Source of the DNA: Candidatus Latescibacterota bacterium
GTDB lineage: Bacteria > Latescibacterota > UBA2968 > SICM01
Assembly (NCBI GenBank): GCA_965217865.1
Contig: CBDCJO010000002.1
Location: 768,001 to 832,000 of the forward strand
Length of the DNA stretch: 64,000 nt
Reading direction: 5' to 3'
The first letter of the stretch is position 1. Every line of letters begins with the position of its first letter. The position numbers were made by a program, and so were the translations under genes. The notes beneath the pieces were generated by a model that saw only the letters and a program-made list of their open reading frames with translations, did no database searches and was not told where the DNA came from. This document shows, piece by piece, positions 53,814 to 62,332 of this stretch.

Positions 53814-54264
53814 ACGGAATCCTCCCTTCCCTTGGGGATATAAAGCCCTTAACCTTTTCAATATGAACGACTTGTGTGGCCGGCATGTCAAGTCGTTTCT
53901 GCCCAATGTCCCAGATTCTTCGGACGGCTACTGGCGGCTGTTCCGGAAACGCGGGAAGCCCTGCGCCAGGAGCGAGGCGAGGGAGAGTCTCGTCGAGCGA
54001 GTCAGGAAGGGGGTCGAGGTCAGGCTCCAAGGAGGATGCTTGCCGGAGGAATTTCCGAAACGTCGAAACCGGCCGTCCGGATGCAATCGGGCTGTTAAAC
54101 AAGGCCGACTGAAAAAACAGAGAATCGGAGAATCCGGAGGAGATATCTCTGCTCAAGCGGGCGCAACCCCACGGTTGTGCTTGCAATCCCGGGGGGAGCG
54201 CTTCGAAACAGAGAATTTGCAGAGAGGGGGGAAGATGGCATAAGCGTTTGTGAATACGGCAGAA

Positions 54265-54299
54265 ACGACAAAACCCCGAAGGGGTTGCCCCACGGGGTC
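54265..54299 (-). terminator. Terminator-like hairpin just inside the element's right junction
   Basis: Minus strand GACCCCG..CGGGGTTTTGTCGTTT, in the direction of the interrupted host gene. Confidence 0.5.
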
Positions 54300-54344
54300 T
54301 GGCGTTAACGGACGACCGCCTAAGTTGGCGGATGGGAATATGGC

Positions 54345-54442
54345 TCCCCGGCCGTCACGACCTCCATTCCATCGGTTTGAAGGGTCGCTTGAATTGAGGA
54401 CTGAGTATGTTCATCCTGGTCGATTACGACCACCCTTGCCAT
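54345..54442 (-). pseudogene. 5' part (32 codons) of the receiver-GGDEF gene
   Basis: RBS GGAGG; MARVVVIDQDEHTQSSIQATLQTDGMEVVTAG = receiver beta1-alpha1-beta2. Confidence 0.85.
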
Positions 54443-54609
54443 TGGGCCCCTCCCGTGCTCCTGGAGTTTTGACCGTTTCTTCTTTTGATAATTCAACAAA
54501 CTTCGTTTGGATCCTGGCTTTACGGATTCCAAGAATCAGAAGACCAGACTCTCCGCTCATGCCGTTTAAGTTGACCAGAGGATCGCTCCGTCAGGGTGTC
54601 CTTTCAATG

Positions 54610-55023
54610 TCACTTCCTCTTCTTGGGTGCGGTTTTTTTCAAGCCCGTTCCCTGTTCGGTGGATGTGGATGAAGCCTTTTCGGGGAGGTCATAATTTGCT
54701 TCGCTCAAAGATAGGCTTCCAGAAAGCATGGTGCGTATCTGCTGATCGGTCGCCTTAAGCCCATCCAGTTCTTTTGAAAGTTCCTCAACTTTGTGTGAGT
54801 TGGCCCGAAGCCTTGCATTTTCGACCTTGAGCGTTTCCATCGATGCGCTCCAGGTCTTTAGATGCCAGACGGCCAAGCCGCCAAACACTGTCATGATCAT
54901 GCCGACACCCACAAACACGACCATGATTTTCAGGAGGAGCGAACTAATCTTAAGTTCATGTGTCCGGGAGCCATCGTCCGGCACGATTAGAATGGAATAG
55001 GTCTTTACTCGTTTTTGAAGCAT
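54610..55023 (-). CDS. Membrane-anchored coiled-coil protein resembling the N-terminus of M23 peptidases
   Basis: YSILIVPDD..T..LKIS, TM helix, coiled coil; no M23 domain. Confidence 0.55.
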   Translation of the reverse strand: MLQKRVKTYSILIVPDDGSRTHELKISSLLLKIMVVFVGVGMIMTVFGGLAVWHLKTWSASMETLKVENARLRANSHKVEELSKELDGLKATDQQIRTMLSGSLSLSEANYDLPEKASSTSTEQGTGLKKTAPKKRK

Positions 55024-55106
55024 AGTTCACCGTTTCAGGCAGCATCCATGAATTGCGCTTTCTCAGTTCGGGGATACCGCGAGAGGAGATCGAGGCCAAC
55101 GCAAAC

Positions 55107-55856
55107 TTATACGTCGAAGCCTGAGATGGTTCCCTCGTGTATCTCGATATCCTCCCGTTTTCTGATTCGATCGACCTGACCATCACGAAGGTCGACGACC
55201 CTGTCCGATGCGACGAGCATCTTATGATCGTGGGTGTTGGTTACGATGGTCGATCCGCTTTCAGCGTTCAACTGCTTGAGGAGTTCGATAATTTCGGTAC
55301 CCGTTCTCAGGTCCAGATTGCCGGTGGGTTCGTCAGCCAAGATGAGCGCGGGATCATTGGCGATGGCTCGGGCGATGGCAACGCGTTGCTGTTGCCCCCC
55401 GGATAGCTCGAAAGGTTTATGATGGAGGCGGTCCCCCAGGCCCACCTGTTCGAGCTTGACCCCGGATTTTTCGGTGTATTCTGATTTGGACATACCGGCG
55501 AAGACCATCGGCAAGGCGACATTCTCCAGGGCGGTCATAACCGGGATGAGGTTGAAAGACTGGAAGATGTAACCTATGTTGTGACATCGGAGATATGCGA
55601 CCTGACGTTGGTCAAGGGTGCTCATATCGATGTTGTGAATGAGGACATTCCCCGAAGATGGCCTGTCGAGGGCTCCGATCATGTTAAATAGCGTGGTCTT
55701 TCCCGATCCGGAAGGGCCCATGATCGAAAGATATTCTCCCTGTTCGATCGTCAGATGAATCCCCTTCAAGGCATCCAGCCGTATGTCCCCCATGACATAT
55801 GTCTTCCAAACGTCGTGGACTTCGACGATGAGATTCCCGTTGGATATCTCTCCCAT
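55107..55856 (-). CDS. ABC transporter ATP-binding protein (LolD/MacB-like)
   Basis: GPSGSGKTT, LSGGQQQRVAIARA, LADEPTGNLD, THD. Confidence 0.93.
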   Translation of the reverse strand: MGEISNGNLIVEVHDVWKTYVMGDIRLDALKGIHLTIEQGEYLSIMGPSGSGKTTLFNMIGALDRPSSGNVLIHNIDMSTLDQRQVAYLRCHNIGYIFQSFNLIPVMTALENVALPMVFAGMSKSEYTEKSGVKLEQVGLGDRLHHKPFELSGGQQQRVAIARAIANDPALILADEPTGNLDLRTGTEIIELLKQLNAESGSTIVTNTHDHKMLVASDRVVDLRDGQVDRIRKREDIEIHEGTISGFDV

Positions 55857-55916
55857 CTCTTATCTCCAGTCAAAATTCGAGTCGGATCGGTTGGGTAAGA
55901 TCGTTTAACAGGGCAA

Positions 55917-55945
55917 AATCTATTTAACTTTGGGGACAAAGTCAA
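55917..55945 (-). promoter_or_regulatory. sigma70-type promoter
   Basis: TTGACT-N17-TAGATT. Confidence 0.55.
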
Positions 55946-56146
55946 AGAAAAAAGGGGGCGCAAAAGGAAACGGGAGGTGAGGGTCAGGGCAAGAAGTCAG
56001 AGGTCGGAGGTCAGGGGTCAGGGAAAGGCAGTAGCAGGTGGCAGTGGCGGGGAGAGCAGGGCAGTAGCATAAGCCCAGGCTGATCTTTTTGCAACTCCCT
56101 CGTCCCCTTCTGTTTGGATTTGGATGTTCTTTTTTTCTTTGGTTAA

Positions 56147-56346
56147 CGCCCTCATCCCCTTTATCCCCTTTTCCCGCCCTTCGACAGGCTCAGGACCAGC
56201 TTAGCAGGAGAAGGGGACGATGACATTAATTTCGCTATATATATTAAGAATCTCGTCTTTTCCTTCAAAAACAATCAGATCATTTCGATCTCCCCTCTCC
56301 CGGCACCCGGGAGAGGGGTGCCGAGATTGCGAGGCGGGGTGAGGGA
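56147..56346. repeat. Palindromic dispersed repeat with an inserted CCCTTCGACAGGCTCAGG REP motif
   Basis: Matches 18177-18355 apart from the ~20-bp insert. Confidence 0.8.
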
Positions 56347-56431
56347 GCCCGACGGCGTTCATTGGGTTCAGAAGCTGAGAATACAGTTTGACTTTCGAAA
56401 CAATCCACTGATCCGTTATCGAACTCCTTTC

Positions 56432-57631
56432 CTACCGAGTCGATGGTTTTCCTCGTTGATCCTGACCGAGGGACCCCGGTTGGTTGATTCGGATGAACCG
56501 GGAGAGGATAAGGGCGACGACGGAGAGCGCGACTCCCAATGAGAATATCGTTTCGTATCCTGCGGTTATCCAGAGATAGCCGCCGATGAGGGGCACAGTG
56601 ACCGCCGCGATATGGTTCATGGTAACTCCCATTGAAAGCGTTGGTCTCAAATCCCCCGGGTCGGTGATCTTGCTGATGTACGTGGTGGTGGACATGGATA
56701 GCAGGAGGAAGAGGGAATCGAGGACGTAGAGAACACATAAGGGTCCCACGGAGTGGAAGGTGGCAAATCCGAGGAAAACCAGACCCATCTGGGTATAATT
56801 CAACGTGAGGGAAGTGCGTTCTCCGAAGCGATCTATGAACCGGCCGACGTGAGGCCCGAGAATAAAGGCCAGCATATTGTTTATTAAAGCAAGGATGGCG
56901 ATCTGTTTCACACCGACGTGATAGACCTTAACGAGTGTAAAGGCTGCGAACGTGTTGAAGATCACCCGCCTACAGCCATCGAGAACATGGAGTCCATAGA
57001 ACAGGCCGTACTTCTTCTTCAGGATAAACCTGTCGGGAATATAGTTGCCAACAGTTCGGTCCATTGCGAATAATCCTATGGCACCGGCGGCGCCGACTAC
57101 TCCGGCAAGGGCGTATATATGATGGTACCCAATGGAATCGGCAAAGAGATAGACGACCCCGATTCCGAATAGGGTAGCCACCGCACCCACGCTGCGAATC
57201 TGACCGAGTCTCCGGCCACGCTCGTGTTTGCCTGCCAGGCTGAGGTTGATCGTCTCAGCAAGCGGGTACCAGGTGTGAAATCCGATGCTCCAGATGAAAG
57301 AGTAGAGGATGAGGACGGGGACTGTCGAGACTTGGGAATAACCTACGAAACCCGTCCCAAATATGAGCAAGGATAAGCCCGCCATCCGCGTTTCGGGGAA
57401 CCTGACGATCAGTCCTCCGATGAGTACGCCCAGCAGGCCGGGAATTTCGCGGATGGATTCCAGTATTCCGAGATGATGAGGAAGGAGCCCTAGTTGTTCC
57501 ACCGCGAAATTGTTGAAGACCGAAAAGTGGACCCCAAAGGTGAAACTTATACAGAATACTCCGGCAGCGAAGCGCAAAAATTGGCCACGAATCCTTGGGG
57601 GTTGCGACTGTTCCCGCTGGCGTGTGGTCAT
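56432..57631 (-). CDS. MFS transporter
   Basis: ~12 hydrophobic segments, GRFIDRFGER motif. Confidence 0.88.
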   Translation of the reverse strand: MTTRQREQSQPPRIRGQFLRFAAGVFCISFTFGVHFSVFNNFAVEQLGLLPHHLGILESIREIPGLLGVLIGGLIVRFPETRMAGLSLLIFGTGFVGYSQVSTVPVLILYSFIWSIGFHTWYPLAETINLSLAGKHERGRRLGQIRSVGAVATLFGIGVVYLFADSIGYHHIYALAGVVGAAGAIGLFAMDRTVGNYIPDRFILKKKYGLFYGLHVLDGCRRVIFNTFAAFTLVKVYHVGVKQIAILALINNMLAFILGPHVGRFIDRFGERTSLTLNYTQMGLVFLGFATFHSVGPLCVLYVLDSLFLLLSMSTTTYISKITDPGDLRPTLSMGVTMNHIAAVTVPLIGGYLWITAGYETIFSLGVALSVVALILSRFIRINQPGSLGQDQRGKPSTR

Positions 57632-57748
57632 AAGGACAGACCGTCGGTTGGCTAAAGATTCCTCTTTGCGGCGTCAGGTTCCGGGGGGCATTCTGATGGG
57701 GTGTGACCTGGACGGTTTGGGGTTTCCGAGTTAGACCGCACGGTCAAT

Positions 57749-57782
57749 AAAAAACCGAAACCTGTCTATCAGATTTCGGTTT
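57749..57782 (-). terminator. Intrinsic terminator
   Basis: AAACCGAAA..TTTCGGTTT hairpin with T-run on the minus strand. Confidence 0.7.
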
Positions 57783-57811
57783 ACGATCGGTGAGGGACTT
57801 GGAATTCTCCT

Positions 57812-58321
57812 TTACCGCAAGGCCTTCCTATATGCCTCACCTTTCAGGACATAGTCCCGGGTGCCCTCCCTCATACGGTGGATGTCATCTTCGTTCAACT
57901 CCCGGATGATCTTGGCGGGAATTCCAACTGCAAGGGATCGTTCCGGGATTTCCTGACCTTCTTTGACGACCGCACCGGCAGCGATTAAGGCTTCGCGGCC
58001 GATTTTTGCGCCATTCAGGAGGATTGCGCCCATTCCAACGACCACACCTTCAGCGACAGAGCATCCGTGCAGTATGGCACGGTGGCCGACGGTTACCCTG
58101 TCCCCGACGATACAGGGAAAACCGGTGTCGACGTGAAGGATCGCTCCGTCCTGTATGTTTGTCTCTCGACCGATGACGATCCGGTCGTTGTCTCCGCGAA
58201 GGACGGCGTTGAACCATATCGAGGAACGATCACCAATCCGGACGCGCCCGATGAGCCTGACACCATCCGCGACGAAGACGGTTTGGGGGACTTCGGGTGA
58301 GAAGTTTTCGTATGAGATCAT
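57812..58321 (-). CDS. Gamma carbonic anhydrase family protein
   Basis: SIWFNAVLRGD, TNIQDG..H, TVGH..LHGC hexapeptide repeats. Confidence 0.93.
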   Translation of the reverse strand: MISYENFSPEVPQTVFVADGVRLIGRVRIGDRSSIWFNAVLRGDNDRIVIGRETNIQDGAILHVDTGFPCIVGDRVTVGHRAILHGCSVAEGVVVGMGAILLNGAKIGREALIAAGAVVKEGQEIPERSLAVGIPAKIIRELNEDDIHRMREGTRDYVLKGEAYRKALR

Positions 58322-58357
58322 TATTTATCTTCGATCCGGAATGGGATCAAAAGGAAG

Positions 58358-59446
58358 TCAACGGCCCTTCTTTTTTTTTCCTTCTTTCGAACGATCCTTA
58401 TCCGGCCCCAGGGTAAATTCTCCTCCTCGCTGACCCCCGCCTCCCCCACTTATGATGCCGGAGATGAACCCAAAGGCTCCCAAGACGGAAGCCCCCCACA
58501 GGACGCTTTCTCCAACGGAGCCGTTGTTTTGCCATCCGAAGAGCGCCCCGAGAAGCGCGCCTGAAAGGACACCGCTTAAAGTAAGCCTCAACGCGTTGGA
58601 CGCCCTTCTGCTGCCGCCGGAGGAGTTAAATCGAACCACGGCGATATCATCCACCGGAACCTTCCGGGTCTCGATGTCCGTCTCCAACATGACAGACTCA
58701 CCGTCAAAGGTGGGGACGACTTCCCCACGAACCTGTTGACCGTCTTTGAGCGTGAGCTGGATTTGGGATCTTCGTGTGACGTGGTAAAAGGGTGTTATCA
58801 CTTGAAAGACCGTCTCCCGGTCAGTATATTGTGGATATTTCGACTCTTCATCTGAGCTGGAGTTCTTGGAAAGCTTGTAAGTGCCCCGCTTAATTTCCTC
58901 GTAGTGGTCGATGAAGTTTCGAATGTATTTCAATGAATATTTTTTCCGGAGTCGCAAAACCCTATTCTGGGTGTTTGTATCCGGACCGTGGGTGAGCTTG
59001 ACGGCCACGGAACTGTCGGGGAGCTGAATAAAGGTGGCGGACTTGAAACCCAGGACGGGTAGCTGGAGGGGCCGGATGAGGTTGGACTTGAAAAATGTTT
59101 CTCCCTGAAAGATTCCGTAATAGTTGCGCTCGGCGAGGTCTATGTGGGGTCCGATTTTTTCGCTTATGATAATAATCCTTCCCTGGATCTGTTTGTGGCG
59201 GACGATGCTCCACCCTTCGTCACTCCCCCTACCGCCTCCCACTATTTTGATAATTCCGCGGTTTTTCTTTTCATCTCCAGAGTCGATCCCCTCGTCTCCG
59301 TTACCCGTGTAGCGGGCTGCAAATTGAGAGTCGTCTTGGGTTGAATCAGACGCCGCTGGGTCACCCGCATAAACCCGATGGGGGCCGATGCTCGCCAGGA
59401 TAAAACTCATAAGCGTCAGTAATGTCACCAGCTTGTGAAATAACAT
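58358..59446 (-). CDS. Secreted/membrane hypothetical protein
   Basis: Signal peptide, C-terminal Gly-rich TM hairpin; promoter TTGACA-N17-TAGATT at 59470-59498. Confidence 0.6.
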   Translation of the reverse strand: MLFHKLVTLLTLMSFILASIGPHRVYAGDPAASDSTQDDSQFAARYTGNGDEGIDSGDEKKNRGIIKIVGGGRGSDEGWSIVRHKQIQGRIIIISEKIGPHIDLAERNYYGIFQGETFFKSNLIRPLQLPVLGFKSATFIQLPDSSVAVKLTHGPDTNTQNRVLRLRKKYSLKYIRNFIDHYEEIKRGTYKLSKNSSSDEESKYPQYTDRETVFQVITPFYHVTRRSQIQLTLKDGQQVRGEVVPTFDGESVMLETDIETRKVPVDDIAVVRFNSSGGSRRASNALRLTLSGVLSGALLGALFGWQNNGSVGESVLWGASVLGAFGFISGIISGGGGGQRGGEFTLGPDKDRSKEGKKKKGR

Positions 59447-59590
59447 GACGTTGTCCTCCAATCAACGGCAATCTAAGAGAATCCCTATGGGATGTCAAGC
59501 GAAAGCCGAATCATCGATAAATATCCCGGCGCTCACTTCTTTTACGATTCGCCCCCCCATCCGTTCCGAGTTTTAATTCGAGGTGGAGTT

Positions 59591-60559
59591 ATGAACCGTG
59601 TGATACTGGACATGGACCCCGGCGTGGATGATGCGCTGGCTATCCTGCTATCCCTGAACTCCCCGGAATTTGACGTCATTGGTATCTCAACGGTGAGCGG
59701 AAATGTCGGGGTGGAATTATGCACCCGGAACGCCCTCCGGGTCCTAACACTGGTCGGACGCACGGACATTCCGGTTCATTCCGGGATGTCTCGGCCTTTA
59801 AAAAGGATGCCGATAAGGGCGGAGTTGATCCACGGGATGGGGGGGTTGGGGGACGCGGACCCTCCGGAGGCTGACTGTGCCGTCGAATCCGGGGATGCGG
59901 TGGGGTATCTTGTGGGAAGGTTGAACGACGAGTCGGGGGAGATTCTTTTGATCGCAACGGGGCCCGCGACGAACCTTGCCCAGGCGGAGAGAAGATCACC
60001 CGGTATTCTTAAAAAAGCACGCCGGGTGATCCTCATGGGGGGGGCGGTGCGAGAGGGGGGAAATGCAACCCCCACTGGGGAGTTTAACTTCGTAGCCGAT
60101 CCGCACGCAGCGCAGGAAGTACTTCGTTCCGGGGGGGACATCTTGCTTGTCCCACTGGACGTAACACATCGTTGTCTCCTGACGGAACCGGCGATCCGGA
60201 GGTTGGCGGATCAGAGGAACGTTGTGTCTGAATTCGTCTTAAAGGCCACAGCGCCATGCCGGGCATACATGAAAAAAGCGGAAGGCGTGGAGGGGATTCA
60301 TCTTCACGATCCCCTCGCCGTGGGCGTTGGGATCGATCCAACCCTATGTGACACGGAGGTCATGCGGGTCGAAGTGGAGACAGAGGGGGAACTTACGGCA
60401 GGACAGGTTGTTGTTGACCGGAGACAGCTTCTTGACAAGAACAGGAACGTTGGCGTGGACACAAAGGTCTGTGTGAGAGTGGACCGGGCCAGGTTTTTAG
60501 ATCTATTCCTTGATCGGGTTGGAGGGGAAACCCTACCCCGCACCCCCACCGGAATATAG
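59591..60559 (+). CDS. Nucleoside hydrolase (IUNH family)
   Basis: DMDPGVDDA, TVSGN, TGPATN, MGG..GN..EFN..DP, LHDP. Confidence 0.93.
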   Translation: MNRVILDMDPGVDDALAILLSLNSPEFDVIGISTVSGNVGVELCTRNALRVLTLVGRTDIPVHSGMSRPLKRMPIRAELIHGMGGLGDADPPEADCAVESGDAVGYLVGRLNDESGEILLIATGPATNLAQAERRSPGILKKARRVILMGGAVREGGNATPTGEFNFVADPHAAQEVLRSGGDILLVPLDVTHRCLLTEPAIRRLADQRNVVSEFVLKATAPCRAYMKKAEGVEGIHLHDPLAVGVGIDPTLCDTEVMRVEVETEGELTAGQVVVDRRQLLDKNRNVGVDTKVCVRVDRARFLDLFLDRVGGETLPRTPTGI

Positions 60560-60655
60560 AATACAGAAGTCAGAAGATAATCAAAAGCGTCAAAGTTGGG
60601 GAACGTCGGAGGTTGAAGTGCATCACTCCAACCTCCAACCGATAATCCCCAATTT

Positions 60656-60892
60656 TTACGAGGCCTTTTTCAATCCTTCTTCCGGGGTTTGGTCAGCCTC
60701 CATCTGGAGGGCACTTTGCAATAGCTCGTTCGCCCGGCCTTTGAGGTCCAGGGCGTCTTTTTCGAACTTTGCCAGCTGGTCCATCAGATCATCAAACTCG
60801 ATTCGGGATTCAAACATCGGACAGTGAACCAGTTTCACTGTGATCGGTTGCTTGCAACTCTTGCTGCACTTCATGCAGAGGGCTGTAAACAT
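60656..60892 (-). CDS. Small Cys-rich hypothetical protein
   Basis: CxxCxxxC..C followed by a coiled coil. Confidence 0.55.
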   Translation of the reverse strand: MFTALCMKCSKSCKQPITVKLVHCPMFESRIEFDDLMDQLAKFEKDALDLKGRANELLQSALQMEADQTPEEGLKKAS

Positions 60893-60952
60893 GAACACCT
60901 TTCGTGAATCCAGGGGGAGAAAAACGGCCCATCCTTCTGCTATTTTGTCACG

Positions 60953-61948
60953 TCATTGTGATTCCTCCTTTAGATTGGTCCTTTCCAGAATCTCTTTCAA
61001 GTTTTCAACCGTAAGGTTCCCTCCACTAAGGATCAGGACGATCTTCTTTCCGGCGAGTTGATCCCGCATGTTTAAGGCCGCGGCCAGAGGAGCGGCTCCG
61101 GCGCCTTCAGCCAGGTTATGGGTGGCTTTGAGCATGAGCAGGATGGCTCGTTCAATCTGTTCGTCGCTGACGAGTTGGATGTCATCGACGAGGTCCATGA
61201 TGATCGAGAGCGGGAGTTCGAACGGGATGCGGGTGGCCAGGCCCTCGGAGGAGGTGGCTGCTCTTTCTGTGTGGACGATTTTCCCGGCCTTGTACGAGAG
61301 ATAGACGGAAGGCGCACCTTCCGCCTGCACTCCGACGACCTGAGTTTTCGGGTTGATGGTCTTCGCGACGATGGCGTTTCCACTGACCGAAGACCCGCCG
61401 CCGATGGGAATGATCATGACGTCTGGATTCGGAAGGTCCTCGAAGATTTCAAGGGCCATGGTGCCCACGCCCGCGATCAGGTGGGGTTCATTCCCTGAGT
61501 TGATGAATACGGCTCCCTTTTGTCGGGCATAGTCCTCCGCAAAAATGCGGGTTTCGTCAAAGTCCGATCCGTGATACACGATTTCTGCGCCCAGGTTTTG
61601 GACAGCGGCTGCCTTGTCGGGGTTTGAGTGTTCGGGCATCAGGATATCAGCACGTACCCCGAAAAGACCTCCGGCGAAGGCGATGGATTGTGCGTGGTTT
61701 CCCGTGGATGCCGTGACGACCCCTGCCTTTCTTTCCTCCGGGGTCAGGTGGTGGAGTCGATTGATCCCGCCTCTGACCTTAAAAGCGCCGACGAGATGGT
61801 GGTTCTCGAACTTGACATAAACGTCCGCATTGAGCTTTTTTCCAAGGACGGAGCAGCGGTGCAGGGGGGTCTTCAGGAGATAGCGAGAAACCACTCCCCG
61901 AGCCGTCAGGACATCTTGAAAGGTCGGTCGTTCCCAACGATCTGTCAA
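60953..61948 (-). CDS. PLP-dependent threonine/serine dehydratase family protein
   Basis: VKFEN..GAFKVRG, ASTGNHAQ, PIGGG, EGAGAA, LSGGN. Confidence 0.9.
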   Translation of the reverse strand: MTDRWERPTFQDVLTARGVVSRYLLKTPLHRCSVLGKKLNADVYVKFENHHLVGAFKVRGGINRLHHLTPEERKAGVVTASTGNHAQSIAFAGGLFGVRADILMPEHSNPDKAAAVQNLGAEIVYHGSDFDETRIFAEDYARQKGAVFINSGNEPHLIAGVGTMALEIFEDLPNPDVMIIPIGGGSSVSGNAIVAKTINPKTQVVGVQAEGAPSVYLSYKAGKIVHTERAATSSEGLATRIPFELPLSIIMDLVDDIQLVSDEQIERAILLMLKATHNLAEGAGAAPLAAALNMRDQLAGKKIVLILSGGNLTVENLKEILERTNLKEESQ

Positions 61949-61952
61949 ATCG

Positions 61953-62294
61953 CTAATCCGCAGAAGACGGGCTGCTGATGGTGGACTCGTATATCTTCAT
62001 CGCGTTGATGATATCGGCGACGAGCTTCCCGATTACTGGGATATCTACGAAGTAAGAAAGAATTTGGATCCCAAGGCTGAGGAAGATTGCCGCAATCACG
62101 GTCGCCCCGATGGCGAACCCTACGCCTCGAGAGATTCCGAGTACAACGTTAAAGAAGATGACCTGGCGGGGTTTGGCATAGTACTCAGCCAGGCTCTTAA
62201 CCTCCATATGTTCTAACTGTGTGACCAGCTCACCGAGCCGGCCGATCAGGTGCTTCTGCGGAAGGTCGGGTCTGTCTTTTTTTTCGTCTTCCAT
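61953..62294 (-). CDS. DUF5665-like membrane protein
   Basis: P.QVIFFNVVLGISRGVGFAIGATV, IPVIG. Confidence 0.7.
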   Translation of the reverse strand: MEDEKKDRPDLPQKHLIGRLGELVTQLEHMEVKSLAEYYAKPRQVIFFNVVLGISRGVGFAIGATVIAAIFLSLGIQILSYFVDIPVIGKLVADIINAMKIYESTISSPSSAD

Positions 62295-62332
62295 ATCAGC
62301 TCTGTCCTCAGGACGGGTTTTAAACCCGACCG

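Larger units (their letters stand above)
43318..54349 (-). mobile_element. Integrated serine-recombinase (DUF2924-LSR) element, ~11 kb
   Basis: TCCCC core at 43313-17 and 54345-49; removal fuses the host gene halves in frame; recombinase operon inside. Confidence 0.85.

Noticed and set aside
54326-54352. tRNA 3' end (TGGCGGA / TGGCTCCCC) as the integration site
   Set aside because: No cloverleaf on either side; the junction is explained by the split receiver-GGDEF gene
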